Made by a program: the position numbers and the translations under genes
Notes under the pieces: generated by a model
Databases searched by the model: none
Told to the model about the DNA's origin: nothing
The model's input: only the letters and a program-made list of their open reading frames with translations
Assembly: GCF_036321535.1 (NCBI RefSeq)
Contig: NC_087437.1
Span: 53,570,001-53,634,000, forward strand
From: Camelus dromedarius
Lineage: Eukaryota
DNA: 64,000 nt
Direction: 5' to 3'
Shown: positions 23,582 to 35,599 of the stretch, in pieces
Numbering within the stretch: the first letter of the stretch is position 1
How the letters are laid out: every line of letters begins with the position of its first letter

Positions 23582-26376
23582 AGCCACTTAATGGAAAAGT
23601 CTTACAATAGGAAAATGTGTAGTCTCTACAGCGCTGTTGTTTATTTCTCATGTTTCTGCAAAGTACAAGTTACACTTGCAGTCTAGAACTGTCCTTTCCA
23701 GTTGCTTCATCTATCAAAAACTCAGCCACAAATTTTAGAAGGAAGTTAAAAAGAAAAGGCTTTGGAGCAGGCACCATGGGTGGCTAGAGCCTGATCACAA
23801 AGCCGTGGGCTGGATCCGGGGAGGGGCCCCTCTAGTCTCACCGTCAGCTCCCTTGGGCTCCTGCGGGTTGGAGGTGGGTGGGGCCCCTGTAAACAGGGCT
23901 CTACAGGGTTTTATGGAGGGAATTCAGGGGCTGTCACAGGAATGAAAGCAGGAAGTGCAGGTGAGCCTCACAGCCACTGGAAAGCCACCAAACATCTGTC
24001 TTTTCTGGGGCTGCGTGGTTTCCTGCCTGTCTCTCCCCAAGCCTCTGCCCTGTTCTCTGAGGAGACCAACTTCCTCCCCTTCTGCAGGGCCCAGAGCCCC
24101 ATCACATGATCTTGTCTCTGGCATTGGTTTCTCACCTTGTGCCCATTACCTTTCCTTTTTGCTCTCGGATCTACCAGCAGCTGACTACAGTTTTTTTTCA
24201 TAGTTGCAGTAGTGAAAGTGTCTGATTGGTCCCGCTCTCTTATTTATTGGTGAGTTGCTTGTAAGTCAAAGTTCCACCCTTTGTCCATCAGGAGAGGCCC
24301 AAGTGTGTGAGTGCGTGGTAGGCAGGTAGAATGACTTGCTTATTCGAGTAATATGGGAGGTCTGCAAGCCATCTCCCAAAGGATTTAAAAAGGACTAATG
24401 GGATCCCGCATTTCCTCATTAGCCTGCAGATTGCTGTGGCTGCAGTGCAGGGTGCATGGGGTGGAGTAGCTAGGGGGCTGGTCAGCTAGGAAGGGTCCCC
24501 AGGGTCTTTCCCTAGGTCACAGGGCCACAGAAATCCATTCAGTCTATTTAGACAGATTACTTGCTGAATTATCCATTCCTCACTGAAGCTTTGGCCTGGA
24601 GCAAAAAGCAGGTTGTGAGAGGCTGGCTAGGGAGAGATTGAGAGTGGGGGCTTCCTTCCTGTTACAGAGCAGGTGGGTCAGCAGCCCTGCAGTCCTCCTA
24701 CCCCAGGGGCACGTGGCTCCTGTTCCCCGGGGAATGCTCCTTACTGGCAGGTTCCTAGGTGGCAACCAGCTCAGCTGCCACTTGCAGGTAGAGAACTCTT
24801 CCTGGCCTGGCCCACTTTCCCCACAGTGGCTCTGGCTCCTGGTGGTTTGTTGGCATTAATTATAGACAGCAGCGAAGTGCCCAGATGCCACAAGCGACTT
24901 TTTATTTTTCCATCTCACCTGATGCCTTTGTTGTTTGCATTGTTCTGCCCTGACTCTTTGTGAGACCTTGACATTTCCACCCCCTCAAATGGCTCACTTC
25001 AGCTCCAGATTCATCTGATGTCATTTCCCATCAGCATCTGTGCTCTAACTGGACGGCTCTTGCTTCTCTTAGCATCTCAGGGCCTCTTTCTCCTGGACGC
25101 CGTCCTTGTGTATTACCACTGTCCTTGTGTATTACCGCTCTGTCTCTCTTCCTTAGTGGATGTCTTGCTTTTTCCCCCTTTACCTATTCTTCCTCAGGCA
25201 CCACCCCTCCCCAAGCTTGATGAGCTCATTTTCTCACCATAGATCTTATCTTAGACTTGGGGCTGAGTGTGAGCATGAAACATGAAAACCCAGACTCCCA
25301 GAACTCTCTACCCTCATTTCCACTAGAAACGCATGGTGAGCAAGGGTGTGGGTGAAGGAGGGACTCGGGGAAGAGAGGAGCGTTAGAAGAATGGGCATAG
25401 TTCTCCATTGCTGGGAGTTTACGTGGTACAGTAGTCCCAGAGAGCCCGCCAAGACTGTTCAAAAGTCTGAGAAATTTGGAAACTCTTTGACCCTGCTGTT
25501 TGACTTCTAAGGAAATAACCATGTATTTCCCCCACAGATTAATTTTAAGTACTATTTGTAATTTGCAAAAAAAGTTGAAGATGACTTAAGTGTCTAGGGC
25601 ATATAATCTAGCCATGAAAATGATGCTGCAGAAGACCACGCTTAGCTGTATCGAATCTTCATAAAAAATCCAGATAACAAAATAAAACCAGGATGGGTGA
25701 GTTATCTGTAGTTATCTTGGTTAGTGAAGAGTGGGTAATTTTTCCCCCCTTTTTTTTGACAATTATGTTTTCTAAAATTTCCATATTAAACAGAAGTTTC
25801 TTTGGCACTAGGAAAAACAATAATTACTTTTAAAAACAAACACTATCCACCGAGGCAACTATAATATTATATAGGTTGAAAATTTAGGTTTAGTTAAAAG
25901 TGCTTCCCAAATAAAGTAGAAATTGTATTCACATTTGTAACATTATAAACAACATACAATAGGTGAAAGGGAGACTGTGAGCAAGCCTGATGTATTTGTT
26001 GATGGAAATCAGTTACCCACAAGCCTTAGCTAAACCCAAGACTTAGGGCTGGAACTGTTCCTTTCTTATTGCTTTTCTTAACCAATAATAGCAAGTGGCA
26101 CAGGATTAAGTGATTGTAGTAGAGTTTGCTTTGCTTAATCTGCAGCTCACTCTGAAATTGCTCGGGCCCAGAAGGGGTAGGCCTGGGTGAACAGATGGCC
26201 AGGTTGAGCCCTGGGAAGGAGGCTGGGGTTCTGGAAGGGGCTCTGAAGTGGCAGGAGTGACCCAGGCCAGGAGCAGGAGGAGCAAGGGTGTTTACCCTCC
26301 TGCATGTATTAACATACGTGCCTCTGGTGCTCAGCTGCCAACCTGGCTTTGTCGTTTTTTTTTCTTTTTCCTGCAG

Positions 26377-26514
26377 GCAGAGTAGAGTGAATTGTGCTGA
26401 GATCTGCAGAGAGCAGCCCAGAGAGAGAAGTGAAGTCATGGAGCCCAGCTGAAATGAACTGGCCCACCTGAGCCTGCCCAAGCTTTGGTGCAAGGTCTCT
26501 GTCCCAGCGCTGAG
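26377..26514 (+). other. Candidate non-coding (5' UTR-like) exon, 138 nt
   Basis: Acceptor ttttttttctttttcctgcag| and donor GAG|gtaaga; stop codons in all three frames; not repeat-like. Confidence 0.45.
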
Positions 26515-26939
26515 GTAAGAGCCCTAGAATGCCAGCTTAAGGACAGAGAGGGCAGAGTGCCTCCTGTTGTAGGGGGGCAGGAACCTCCTCCTTTCAGGCT
26601 CAGGAGAGAAAAGGCAGTTGTTTCTGGTTTAAACCATCTGCCTCCATCTCCACCCAATCGGGGGCAAGGTCATTTAGTGGCCAAAGAGGCTTTGATTTTT
26701 CAGAGCGGGGCTTTTGGAATCTTAACAGGAAGTTGTATTTTCTCAATTGCTGATGAAATTTGAACTCCGAAGGGAATGTATTTATCCTCCAGGTAAGACT
26801 GCATCAGATTCAGGTGAATACTTAATGCTGGTGTACCTGCTCTGTTCTGCAAGGGAAGTCGAGCTTTTAGGAAACATACACACACACTCTCGCTCTAACT
26901 GCAACCCAAGGAAGACAGAGTGAAAGAAATTACTGTTGA

Positions 26940-27040
26940 GGGGAGGAGGTCATAGCTCAGTGGTAGAGGGTAGGTTTAACATGCACGCCAAGGTCCTGGG
27001 TTCAATTCCTAGTACCTCCATTAAAAAAAAGAGAGAGAGA
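26940..27040 (+). mobile_element. Vic-1-like SINE (short form)
   Basis: catagctcagtggtagag...ggtcctgggttcaattcctagtacctcca, then A8 and (GA)n tail. Confidence 0.9.
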
Positions 27041-27100
27041 GAAAAAATTATGTGGGGAGGTTATTGCAAAACATTCCATTAAGTTCACTAAGAAATGACT

Positions 27101-27525
27101 TGTTGACTGAAATGCACAACCTAAAAGTTGAGAGTTATGTTTTATTCGGCAGATTTTATTAGGACTCGAGCCTGGGACACAGCATCTCAGATCACTCTAA
27201 GAGGCTGTTCCAAAGTGACAAGGTAGAAGCCAGGATATATGAGCTTTTGCAACAAAGCCTAGGTAGTTGGAATATCAAAAGATTACTGTTAACCAGATAT
27301 CAAGTTAAGGAATTTAGTCCTTTTCTGTGTATGGGAAGGTGCAAAGGTCTGGGCTCATTGAAATCATTCCTTTGATATGCACCCAGCTGTCTAGGGCCAG
27401 TATCCTGTTCTTCCACATCCTGAGCTCCCTCAGCTCACTGTAGGGGGTTGGGAGGGCTGGGGCTGGGTGGCTGTACCACAGCATCCTTTGTTAACTGATG
27501 TGGCTGGCAATATTTTTCATTCACA
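27101..27525 (-). mobile_element. Solo ERV1 LTR, MER41-like
   Basis: TG...CA termini, 4-bp TSD GACT (27097-27100 / 27526-27529), minus-strand AATAAA near 27140; body (acaacctaaaagttgagagttatgttttattcgg, tatgggaaggtgcaaaggtctgggctcattgaaatcattcctttgatatgcacc) resembles artiodactyl MER41-type LTRs. Confidence 0.88.
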
Positions 27526-27764
27526 GACTTTACCTAGATATGTTCTGATTATAAAAGTAAAATGTGCTCACAGGACATTCGGAAAAACACTGGTGTAGCA
27601 GAAAAGAAAACGTGCCTGAAATCCCACTCCTGTTACCAGCGCTTTAGGTAGTTTTCAGTAAGTTTACTCTTTAAGCTTCCGCATCATGTAGGCTCTTCCT
27701 GCATGAAGGAAGAGAGGTGAGACAGAAAGAACACTCAAGTGGGAGCGGGGAGAACTCGCTTCTA

Positions 27765-27940
27765 GTCTGGAGGCTTTCCAGAGCTGATGTTTGAATATTC
27801 AGGAATTTTGCAAACTGGTTGTTAAAAGTTGTTGGCAGCTTGAGTTGGCCATGGTGGGAAAACTGACACCACAGAAATTAGCCGATGCCATATACTAGGG
27901 CTTTTTTGTTTTGGAGATTCAAATTACCAGCACACCAGTG
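27765..27940. mobile_element. MER63-like hAT-Blackjack DNA transposon fragment
   Basis: ttcaggaattttgcaaactggttgttaaa and terminal ttaccagcacaccagtg resemble the MER63 consensus. Confidence 0.65.
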
Positions 27941-28349
27941 GTTCCAGTGCTCACTCTGCCACCGACAGGCTGGGAGGCATGAGGCGTGGGACGAGTCACT
28001 CCACCTGTGCATCCCTCCGCTTCCTCTCCTATGAACAGGGGTCCCACAAGACAGTGAAAATGAAATGTTTTGCATGTTGCGAATCTCCCTGCCTGTGGAA
28101 GGAAGGGCTTTGACTGATTGCTAAGCCTTTGGTTTATTGATGGAGAAAAGCTGGCTGGCATTTCTCCCTCTGGCTCTCCCTTCTTGGAGAATCTGTGAAT
28201 TACTGACACCCTTTCACAAGGGCAGATGAAAACTCTCCATTTACTGACCGACATCTGGGGCAAATTTCCTTCCTGGAAAAATCAAGAAGTCAGAAAAGTG
28301 TGAAAAGGAAGCCCCCCCGCTGCTGCATGTGAGAGCCAGGACTGAAATG

Positions 28350-28500
28350 GGAGCTTTTGACTCACAAGCACCAACTGGGGGAGGGGGGCACTGTCAGAGG
28401 GGTAGGGGCGCTTCCTGCCAAATGTGAACTTTAAACAAAAGCTTCTTTCTTCAAGGCTGGGCTGTCAGCAGATTAGAGCTAATTAAATTAGCATCACGGA
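28350..28500. promoter_or_regulatory. Candidate enhancer motif cluster
   Basis: AP-1 TGACTCA at 28358-28364, ETS-like CTTCCTG near 28410, MEIS/TGIF CTGTCA at 28462-28467, palindromic P3 homeodomain site GC-TAAT-TAA-ATTA-GC at 28478-28492; motif evidence only. Confidence 0.3.
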
Positions 28501-29044
28501 GCCCCAGCCTCTGCCCTCTTCCTCTGCTTTCTGAACCTTCTGGCTCCTTCTCCCTGAAGGAGGGGATGGGGAGAAGGCCAGGCATCAGCTAAATACTGGT
28601 CGACTGTGCAGATCTGGAGTTCAGAAAATTATAAAATTGGAAGGGGCCATCCGGTCTCACACTTGCATTTTAAGAAGCCAGGTCACACCTTGGTGATTAT
28701 CGGTCCCTGAGGTGAAGGTGTGTGTTTCAGGGGAGGGAGGGACACAGGATGGCAGGATGGGCCCCGCTCCAAGGCCACCTGATCACTGAACCTTTGCGTG
28801 TGACTGGCAAGGGGACCTGGGAGTGTCCTCCAGGTGCCTGCCCTGCCTCCCCCTCCCCAGCCCCTGCCCTGTATCTGCTGCCTCCGCCCCAGTGCACTTC
28901 ATGACAGGCCCCTCTGGTGTGCTTGGAATTAAGTCCTCTTCCTCATCCAGGTCAGTGAAACCAGCAGAGAAGATCTTATCTGAGGACTTTCAGATATACT
29001 TCTGAGGAAGGGACGGGAAGGGCATTGATTGCATTCTGGGGCTG

Positions 29045-29235
29045 TGCTTGTGTTCCGCCTGCCTGAACTCATTTAATTCTGCAATGACCTAATAAGGTGG
29101 GTATTTCTATCTCCGTGTGGCTGATGTGGAAATTGAGTCTCAGAAGTAAAAGAGACTTACTTGCCCAAGATTTCACAGTTCATGAGCAACAGAGATGCAA
29201 ACTAAGCCTGTCTGTGACCTCCACAGCTTCTCAAT
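29045..29235 (-). mobile_element. MIR SINE
   Basis: ctcatttaattctgcaatgacctaataaggtgggtat...gatgtggaaattgagtctcaga...ttgcccaagatttcacag. Confidence 0.75.
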
Positions 29236-30629
29236 GTTACTGAATGCTCTCTACAGCAAATCCTTGCCCCCAGGGGCGAGAGTTCCCAAATCCAGTTCCC
29301 CCAGACAGGGTCCTTTCCCTCAGGGGAACATCCTTCCATCTCAGAAGCTGTGTGAACAGCTGCAGCTCAAAGTGCTTGGAGCTTTACAAAAGGCTGCACT
29401 GTTCCCTTCAAATCCCAAGGGCTGTTCCTCATTCAGTAAGACAACTTCAGAGCGGGGAGCATCCATGGCATCCTTTCGAATAGTCCCCTCATTCATGGGA
29501 TGCCCCAGGCAGAGAGGCCGCTGCTCCTGGCCCCAGGTCTCTCAGACAGTGAGAAGCAGGGGTCTTCTCAGCCTCCGCGTGCAGCGCTCTTTCCAGGGAA
29601 ATGTGCTGAATTACATCTCTCTGGTTTTCCTTCATGTTTAAGTAAGAGATTTTTCCTTTGGTGAGAGGGATTTAATTCAGTTTTATAGATATTTCCTGAA
29701 AGCCTACTCTGTACCCAGCCAAATATCCTGACCTGTTTGGGCAAGAGATTCTGGCCCAGCCTTGGCATATGGATGTGACAGGGGACAAGGAGAGGAGCTG
29801 CCTAATCAGGGCTGTACACGACATAGCTTATCCTGTAAGTGCTCAGCTCCAAGCTTTCCTGCAAGAATTCTAAAGGGAGAAATTATGTCTCAAATTGCTC
29901 TCTGTGTCCCAGAGTTCCCAGACCCCTGAAAACAGGGGAACAAAGCAGCCAGTGGTGGGTCAGGGTCTTTGGAAGACCCCCGCAGGGGGATAGGGCCAGG
30001 AGAGGAGGCAGAGTGGCTGAGGGAGTGATCTGGGCAGGCACTACCAAGCGGGGTGGGTGTGTTTGCCTGTGGAGCTGGGGCTAACAGGGGAGCCGAGTGT
30101 ACAGTTTTGGAGGTAATCTAAAATTGTTTACATCTGTGGCACCTGATCAACTTCAGATGGAGAAAAAGCTCACTTTGGCAGGGCACTCAGAATGTGAATC
30201 AGGGCTGAAAGCTCGCTGGTTGGCCTTCGAGTCTTACGTCTGAGGGAAGCGAAGCCCAGGAAGGTGATGGGCTCTGTCTCCACACAAGTGGAACTGGAGT
30301 CTGTTCTTCTGAATGTCTGGTCAGGGTCCTTCACACCAGCCACTCTGGCTGCGGAAGGAAGAATGTTCTGGGGAGAAGGTACAGTCCCCTGTCTGCCTTA
30401 GCCTGTCTGGCCCAGTACCCGTGATGGGCTGGGTTTGGCTGTTGGAGGAATTTGTGGAATGGCGACCTGGAAGGGAGAGAGTGTCATCACAGTCATGCTG
30501 GAGATGCCTTAACATCCCAGTGATGCCAGCCCTTTACCTCCTCCTTTCAGATCCTTCCTAGAGGTCTTGCCTGGGCCAGGGGCCATCACTTGTGGCTTTC
30601 ATACTGGAAAGTCACTGTTTTGGGAAGGC

Positions 30630-30835
30630 ATCATGACACAGAGGAAAGAAAAGTGTGTTAGCTTTGAAGACATTTGATCTGGGTTTGAGCCTGGCTTAAC
30701 TGTAAATACATAGCCTTTCTGACTCAGTTTCCTTGTGTGTAAAATGGGTTGAATAATACCTCCCTTAAGTGAAGATTAATAATTATTTCTATAACATTCT
30801 CTCCACAGAGTTGATGCTTATTAAATGGTGCCCAT
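30630..30835 (+). mobile_element. MIR SINE
   Basis: tctgggtttgagcctggct...tctgactcagtttccttgtgtgtaaaatgggttgaataatacct. Confidence 0.75.
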
Positions 30836-30839
30836 TATT

Positions 30840-31800
30840 TTTTTTCCCATGCTGCTCTTGAGGTATAACTGACAGACAAAACCCTGCATATATTTAAATT
30901 GCTCAACTTGATAGTTCTGTCGTATGTATACACTTATGGAATTCTCCCCACTAGTCAAGTTGATGAACATAACCAGTATCCCACAAAGCTTCTTCCTTCA
31001 CCTTATCCCTCCCTTCTGCCGCTAGCTGTGCCCTGCCTCCCATCCCTAGGCAACCACTACTGTGCTTTATTGCTATAGATTGGTTTGCATTTTCTAGAAC
31101 TTTACATACATAGCATAGCATAGCATAGCATATGCTCCTCTTATACTCAGCATAATCATTCTGATATTCACCCATGTTTGTGTATCAAAAGTTCATTCCT
31201 TTACCGCTGAATAATGTCCCACTGTATGGAAATACCGCTATTTGTTTACCCATTTATCTATTGACAGAGTTTTGTGGTTGTTCCCAATTTTGGCTGTTAA
31301 AAATAAAGTCACTATAAGCAGTTGTGAAAAAATTTTTGTGGGGGCATATACATTCTTTTCAGTGAATACCTGGGTGGAGAATGGCTGGGTCATCTGATAG
31401 GTGTATTTTTATTTTTAAGAAGCTGCCAAACTTTTTCCCAGAGTAGTTGCACCAGTGTATATTCTCACCAGGAGCATATGACAGTTGCAGGTGCTCCACT
31501 TTCTTGCCAACACTTGGTGTGGTCCATCTTTTAAATTTTAACTATTCTAATAGATGTGTGGTGATATCTCGTGGTTTTATTTGCATTTCCCTTAAGATTA
31601 GTAATGTTGACCATCTTTTCATTTGCTTATTTGACATGTGCAAATCTCCTTTGGTAAGTGTCTGTTCAGAACTTTTACACATTAAAGAAAAAATTTGGAT
31701 TGTCTTCTTATGATTGGATTGTAAGAGTTCTTTATATATTCTACAGATAAATTTTTTGATTGGTGATTTTGCAAACATATTTTCCAATTCTGTGGCTTGC
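30840..31800 (-). mobile_element. Old L1 (L1MB/L1ME-like) ORF2 end + 3' UTR
   Basis: Minus-strand translation RIYKELLQ...KGDLHMSNKQMKRWSTLLILREMQIK is the L1 ORF2p C-terminus; 3' UTR begins ttgaggtataactgaca; contains (CATAG)4 at 31109-31128. Confidence 0.88.
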
Positions 31801-32131
31801 ACATGGTGGGAGACAGTAACACATAAACTAATCACTGCAGTTTAGTTGAACAAGTGCTGTGCACGGGAAGTACAAAGGAAGATCAGTAATCTTAGGATGG
31901 GAGTCAGGGAAGCTTCTTGGAGGTGATGGTATGTGAATTGGGTTTTAAAAAAAATTGTAAGTTAGCTAGGCAGGGGAAGGGCAGTCTAGGTAGAAATTTA
32001 TTTGTGCAAAGGCACAGAGGTATAGAATGTCTTGGTGTATGCCAAATTGTAAGTCATTTGATTGGAGCCTGGGATTTTGGAGAAGGATGTGGGCTGGGAT
32101 CCCAGATGGCCTACTTCCTGGCTGTGCACCT

Positions 32132-32990
32132 CTTTTATTTATTTGTAACTTTTTATTTGAAACAATTATAGATTCTTGGGGAGTTGCAAAGATAGTAGAG
32201 AGGTCTGGAGTATCCTTCTTTTAGTTTCTTCTAGTGGTTACAGTACAGTATCAAAACCAGGACTCTGAGGTTGCTACGCTGTGTGTCAATTTCTATGTCA
32301 TTTTCTCACATGTTTAGATTAGTGGAGCCACCATTGCAACCAAGATACGGAATATTCCCTCCCCATGAAGGTCTCCTTCGTGCCTCCCATTCATTGTCAC
32401 ACAGCCCAGCCCTTTTCCCTTTTCCTCATCCCTATAATTTTGTCATTTTGAGAATGTTCTGTAAATAGAGTCATACAACATGCAACCTTCTGAGGCAGGG
32501 TTGTTTTCACTCATAATGCAGTTGAGTTGTTTTCACTCATCATAATGCACTTCAGGTCCAGCCAAGTTGTTGAGAATATCGATATTTGCTCTTTTTTTTT
32601 TTTTTTTTAAATTGCTGAGGGATATTCCATGGTATGGCTGGACCACAGTTTCACTGTTGACCTATTGAAGGACATTTTGGTTGTTTCCAGTTTTTGACTG
32701 TTACAAATAAAGCTGCTATGAACAATCATGTACAGGTTTTTGTGGGAACATAAAATTTTGTTTTTCCGGGCTAAATGCTCAGGAGTGCAATTGCTGAGTT
32801 ATATGGCAAGTGTATTTTTAACTTTTTCAGAAACCGCCAGACTACTTTTTAGAGTGGCTGTACTATTTCATGTTCCCACCAGCAATGTAGGAGAGATCTC
32901 CTTTCTCCTCCTCGCCAGGTTCGGGGTGCCGTAGTTTAATTTTAGCTGTTCTAATAGGTGGTCTTAATTTGCATTTCCCTAGTGGCTATT
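32132..32990 (-). mobile_element. Old L1 (L1MC-like) 3' end
   Basis: tttatttgaaacaattatagatt...gagttgcaaagatagtagagagg...tgaaggacattttggttgtttccagtttttgactgttacaaataaagctgctatgaaca...taatttgcatttccct. Confidence 0.88.
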
Positions 32991-33544
32991 TGTGTGACTC
33001 TTACCCTATCTGCTCTCAGGATGGCTGTATGAATCCAGACCCAGCTTGGACTTTTTAAGTGTGAGAAGCAGAAGGACCTAGTGCTGACAGCCCCCTCCCA
33101 CTGTTTCTGGAGCTGCCTTGGAAGTCTGACTTCCCGTGTATTGGGGGATCTAGTTAGCCAGTTACATGATCTGTCTTCATTGTCCTGGGTGGCTCCAAAA
33201 AGTGATATGTTATAGAGCCAAGTATTTTTCCAGGGGAGGTTTTTTTTTTTGTTTGCTTGTTTCCCATAGATGAGCAAATAACCTTTAAGTGTTGATGTTT
33301 TATGGGGTTGTTGGGTAAGTTCTCCACCCTGTCCCTCCCCGGTCCCAGTGTGCCAGCCTCGGTACTTACTGGGAGCTGAGACAGAGACACCTCGGGAGCT
33401 GACCCAGGAGGCCTGTCCTCAGTGTCTGGCGGTCTGAGGTGCCGAGGGAAGCTGCCATGGCCTCAAGCCCTCCCTACACTCAGGATCCTCTCTTCTTTTC
33501 ACGTATAGATGGAGAGGCAGCTTTGACATGCTGGGGAAAATAAT

Positions 33545-33790
33545 AATGGTAGCTAAGAATTATATAGTACTTTTTTTGTACCAGGTACTAAATGCTTTCT
33601 GTCTATTTATTCATTGACTCCCCACAACAATCCTCAGAGTTAAGCATTATGAATCTCTCCATCTTATGAAAGAGGAAACTGAAACAGTGAGATCTCATAG
33701 CTAGCATGTGGCTGCGTAAGTTGGGATTTGAACCCAGATGATCTGACACCCAAGACCGTCCCCTTGGTCATTAACCTATACTGTTTCAGT
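33545..33790 (-). mobile_element. MIR SINE, near full length
   Basis: taatggtagctaa...ccccacaacaatcct...gaggaaactgaaacag...gggatttgaacccagat. Confidence 0.8.
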
Positions 33791-34489
33791 GCTGGGTAGG
33801 CAGAACCTGGCGTGCTACTCACCTTGCTATGTGAACTTGAAGGGCCTCAAACTCTCCCCTGAGGAGCCTGAGGGAGGAGAGGGAGGCGGGCTTGCCACGG
33901 GCGTTCTCTGGGGCATCAGCACTTTGTGATATTGAGATGGGAGACCGAGTAGGTGGGAAGAGATTTCTAGGGGAAACAGGGAGTTAGTTCCTTGGCGGCC
34001 GGCACTGGCATGGGCTGTCCAGGTGTAAGTGGGGCTCCGGCTCTGAAGGCGAAGTCCTATTTTCTGAGCCTGCTGTGTACTAGGGACTGGCTCACCCACA
34101 GAATGGGAAGAAGCTGGAGGAGGACGATATGGAGACTCTGAACTTGGGGGACAGCACGTGACTGCACTGGCTCCCAGACTCTCAACCTCCTGCCTGTGCA
34201 GTAGTAACCTTGACCTTGCTCTGTAGGGAGTCCCACCCTAACCCACCCATCAGGGATGACTGGGAAAGCTTGTGGGCTTCCTGGCCTGACAGGGCTGGGT
34301 TCCAGGTACAGAGCCTCAGTTTCCTCACCTGTAAATCAGGCAGTAACAATACCTAGTGTATAGCTGAGGGGTGGTGTAGTGAGGTCCTCATGTCTCCAGG
34401 GGCCCTCTACAATCACGAACACCAGCTACTGAAAGAAAACGAGGTGTGTGTATATTATGCCCCAATTCAATCAAAGGAGAGTGTCCATC

Positions 34490-34780
34490 CACTCATTCAA
34501 TCAGCTTTTAAAATGAGCACCTACTGTGTGCTTGCTGCTGTGCTAGGCACTGTGAGCACCAGAGCCACAGTCCTTGACCTCTTGCAGCACATGGTCTACA
34601 GCGAGAGACAAATATGAATTAGATAGTAACATAACCCAGTGTAAAATCCTGAATTGTGGGATTGCTGTGAAGGAAGTGCTGTGCTGTTGTGTGAGTGAGC
34701 CACATTCAGCCTGAAAGATGCTTCCTCCGGGAAGTAATTCTGGCTTAGAGTCTTATTCGTTAGCCTTGATCTACTGAAGA
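34490..34780 (-). mobile_element. L2 3' fragment
   Basis: cactcattcaa...tgagcacctactgtgtg...tgtgctaggcactg is the reverse L2 tail. Confidence 0.7.
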
Positions 34781-35112
34781 GGACTACATGGAATGGTCTG
34801 TAGGATCTTTCTTCTAGGACACTTCCTGCTGTGTCCTTACTATAGACTGACCTGATGCCTGGCAACCCCAGTGCTCTTCCCCTACCTCAGCAACCCAGCC
34901 TGTTCTGTGGGGTTATGTGTACCCAACCACTCAGCTGCTGCTGATCCCATGGAGACTGAAACTAAGGTCAGAGCCACACCTCACAGGGCCAGGTCATCTT
35001 TTTTTGTTGTTATTTTGTTTCTGAATGTGTTCATGACTCAGTCAACTTATTACTCAGCCGAACACAGGGAACCACCATGGTGGTGGCATTCATCCCAAAG
35101 ATTAAAAAAAAA

Positions 35113-35239
35113 ATCTTTATGGAGGTACAATTTATATTCCATGAAATTAACTTCTTTTAGGTATAAATTCAGTGATTTTTAGTACTTTTACTGAGTTGTA
35201 CAACCATCACCAAAATCCAGTTTTAGAACACTTACATCA
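35113..35239 (-). mobile_element. Old L1 (L1MB-like) 3' terminal fragment
   Basis: ctttatggaggtacaatttatattccatgaaatt...aattcagtgatttttagta...gttgtacaaccatcacca...ttttagaaca. Confidence 0.8.
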
Positions 35240-35599
35240 TGTGTTGGGTCATCTTCAAATGGAAAAGGCAAGAAATTATTTTTCCTGGAAATAGTTCCGT
35301 AATTATTTTTTGTGGGATTAGCTCTGTGCTCTCAGCAGAAGGATTTCATTAATTAATTCAATTAGTATTTACTGAGAGCCTGCTGGAGCCCACGGCTGGG
35401 CTAGGTGCAAAAGGGAATAAAGAGATGTAAACAAGTGGAGAAGGTAGCTTCGCTGTGGCTGACAAGCCTCTTCCTGAAGACGCACTGTTAATGTAACGCA
35501 TCTGCGTGTGTGGGTCTCCTGGCCCCCGCAGGGCAGGTGATTGTTTTCCACCCTGTGGCTCCTAATTGACGAGGCAGGGGCCTTGCTTTTGCAATACCT

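Noticed and set aside
34949..34972. ATGGAGACTGAAACTAAG|gtcaga as a short coding first exon (METETK)
   Set aside because: Weak donor, pyrimidine at -3 of the ATG and no other support.
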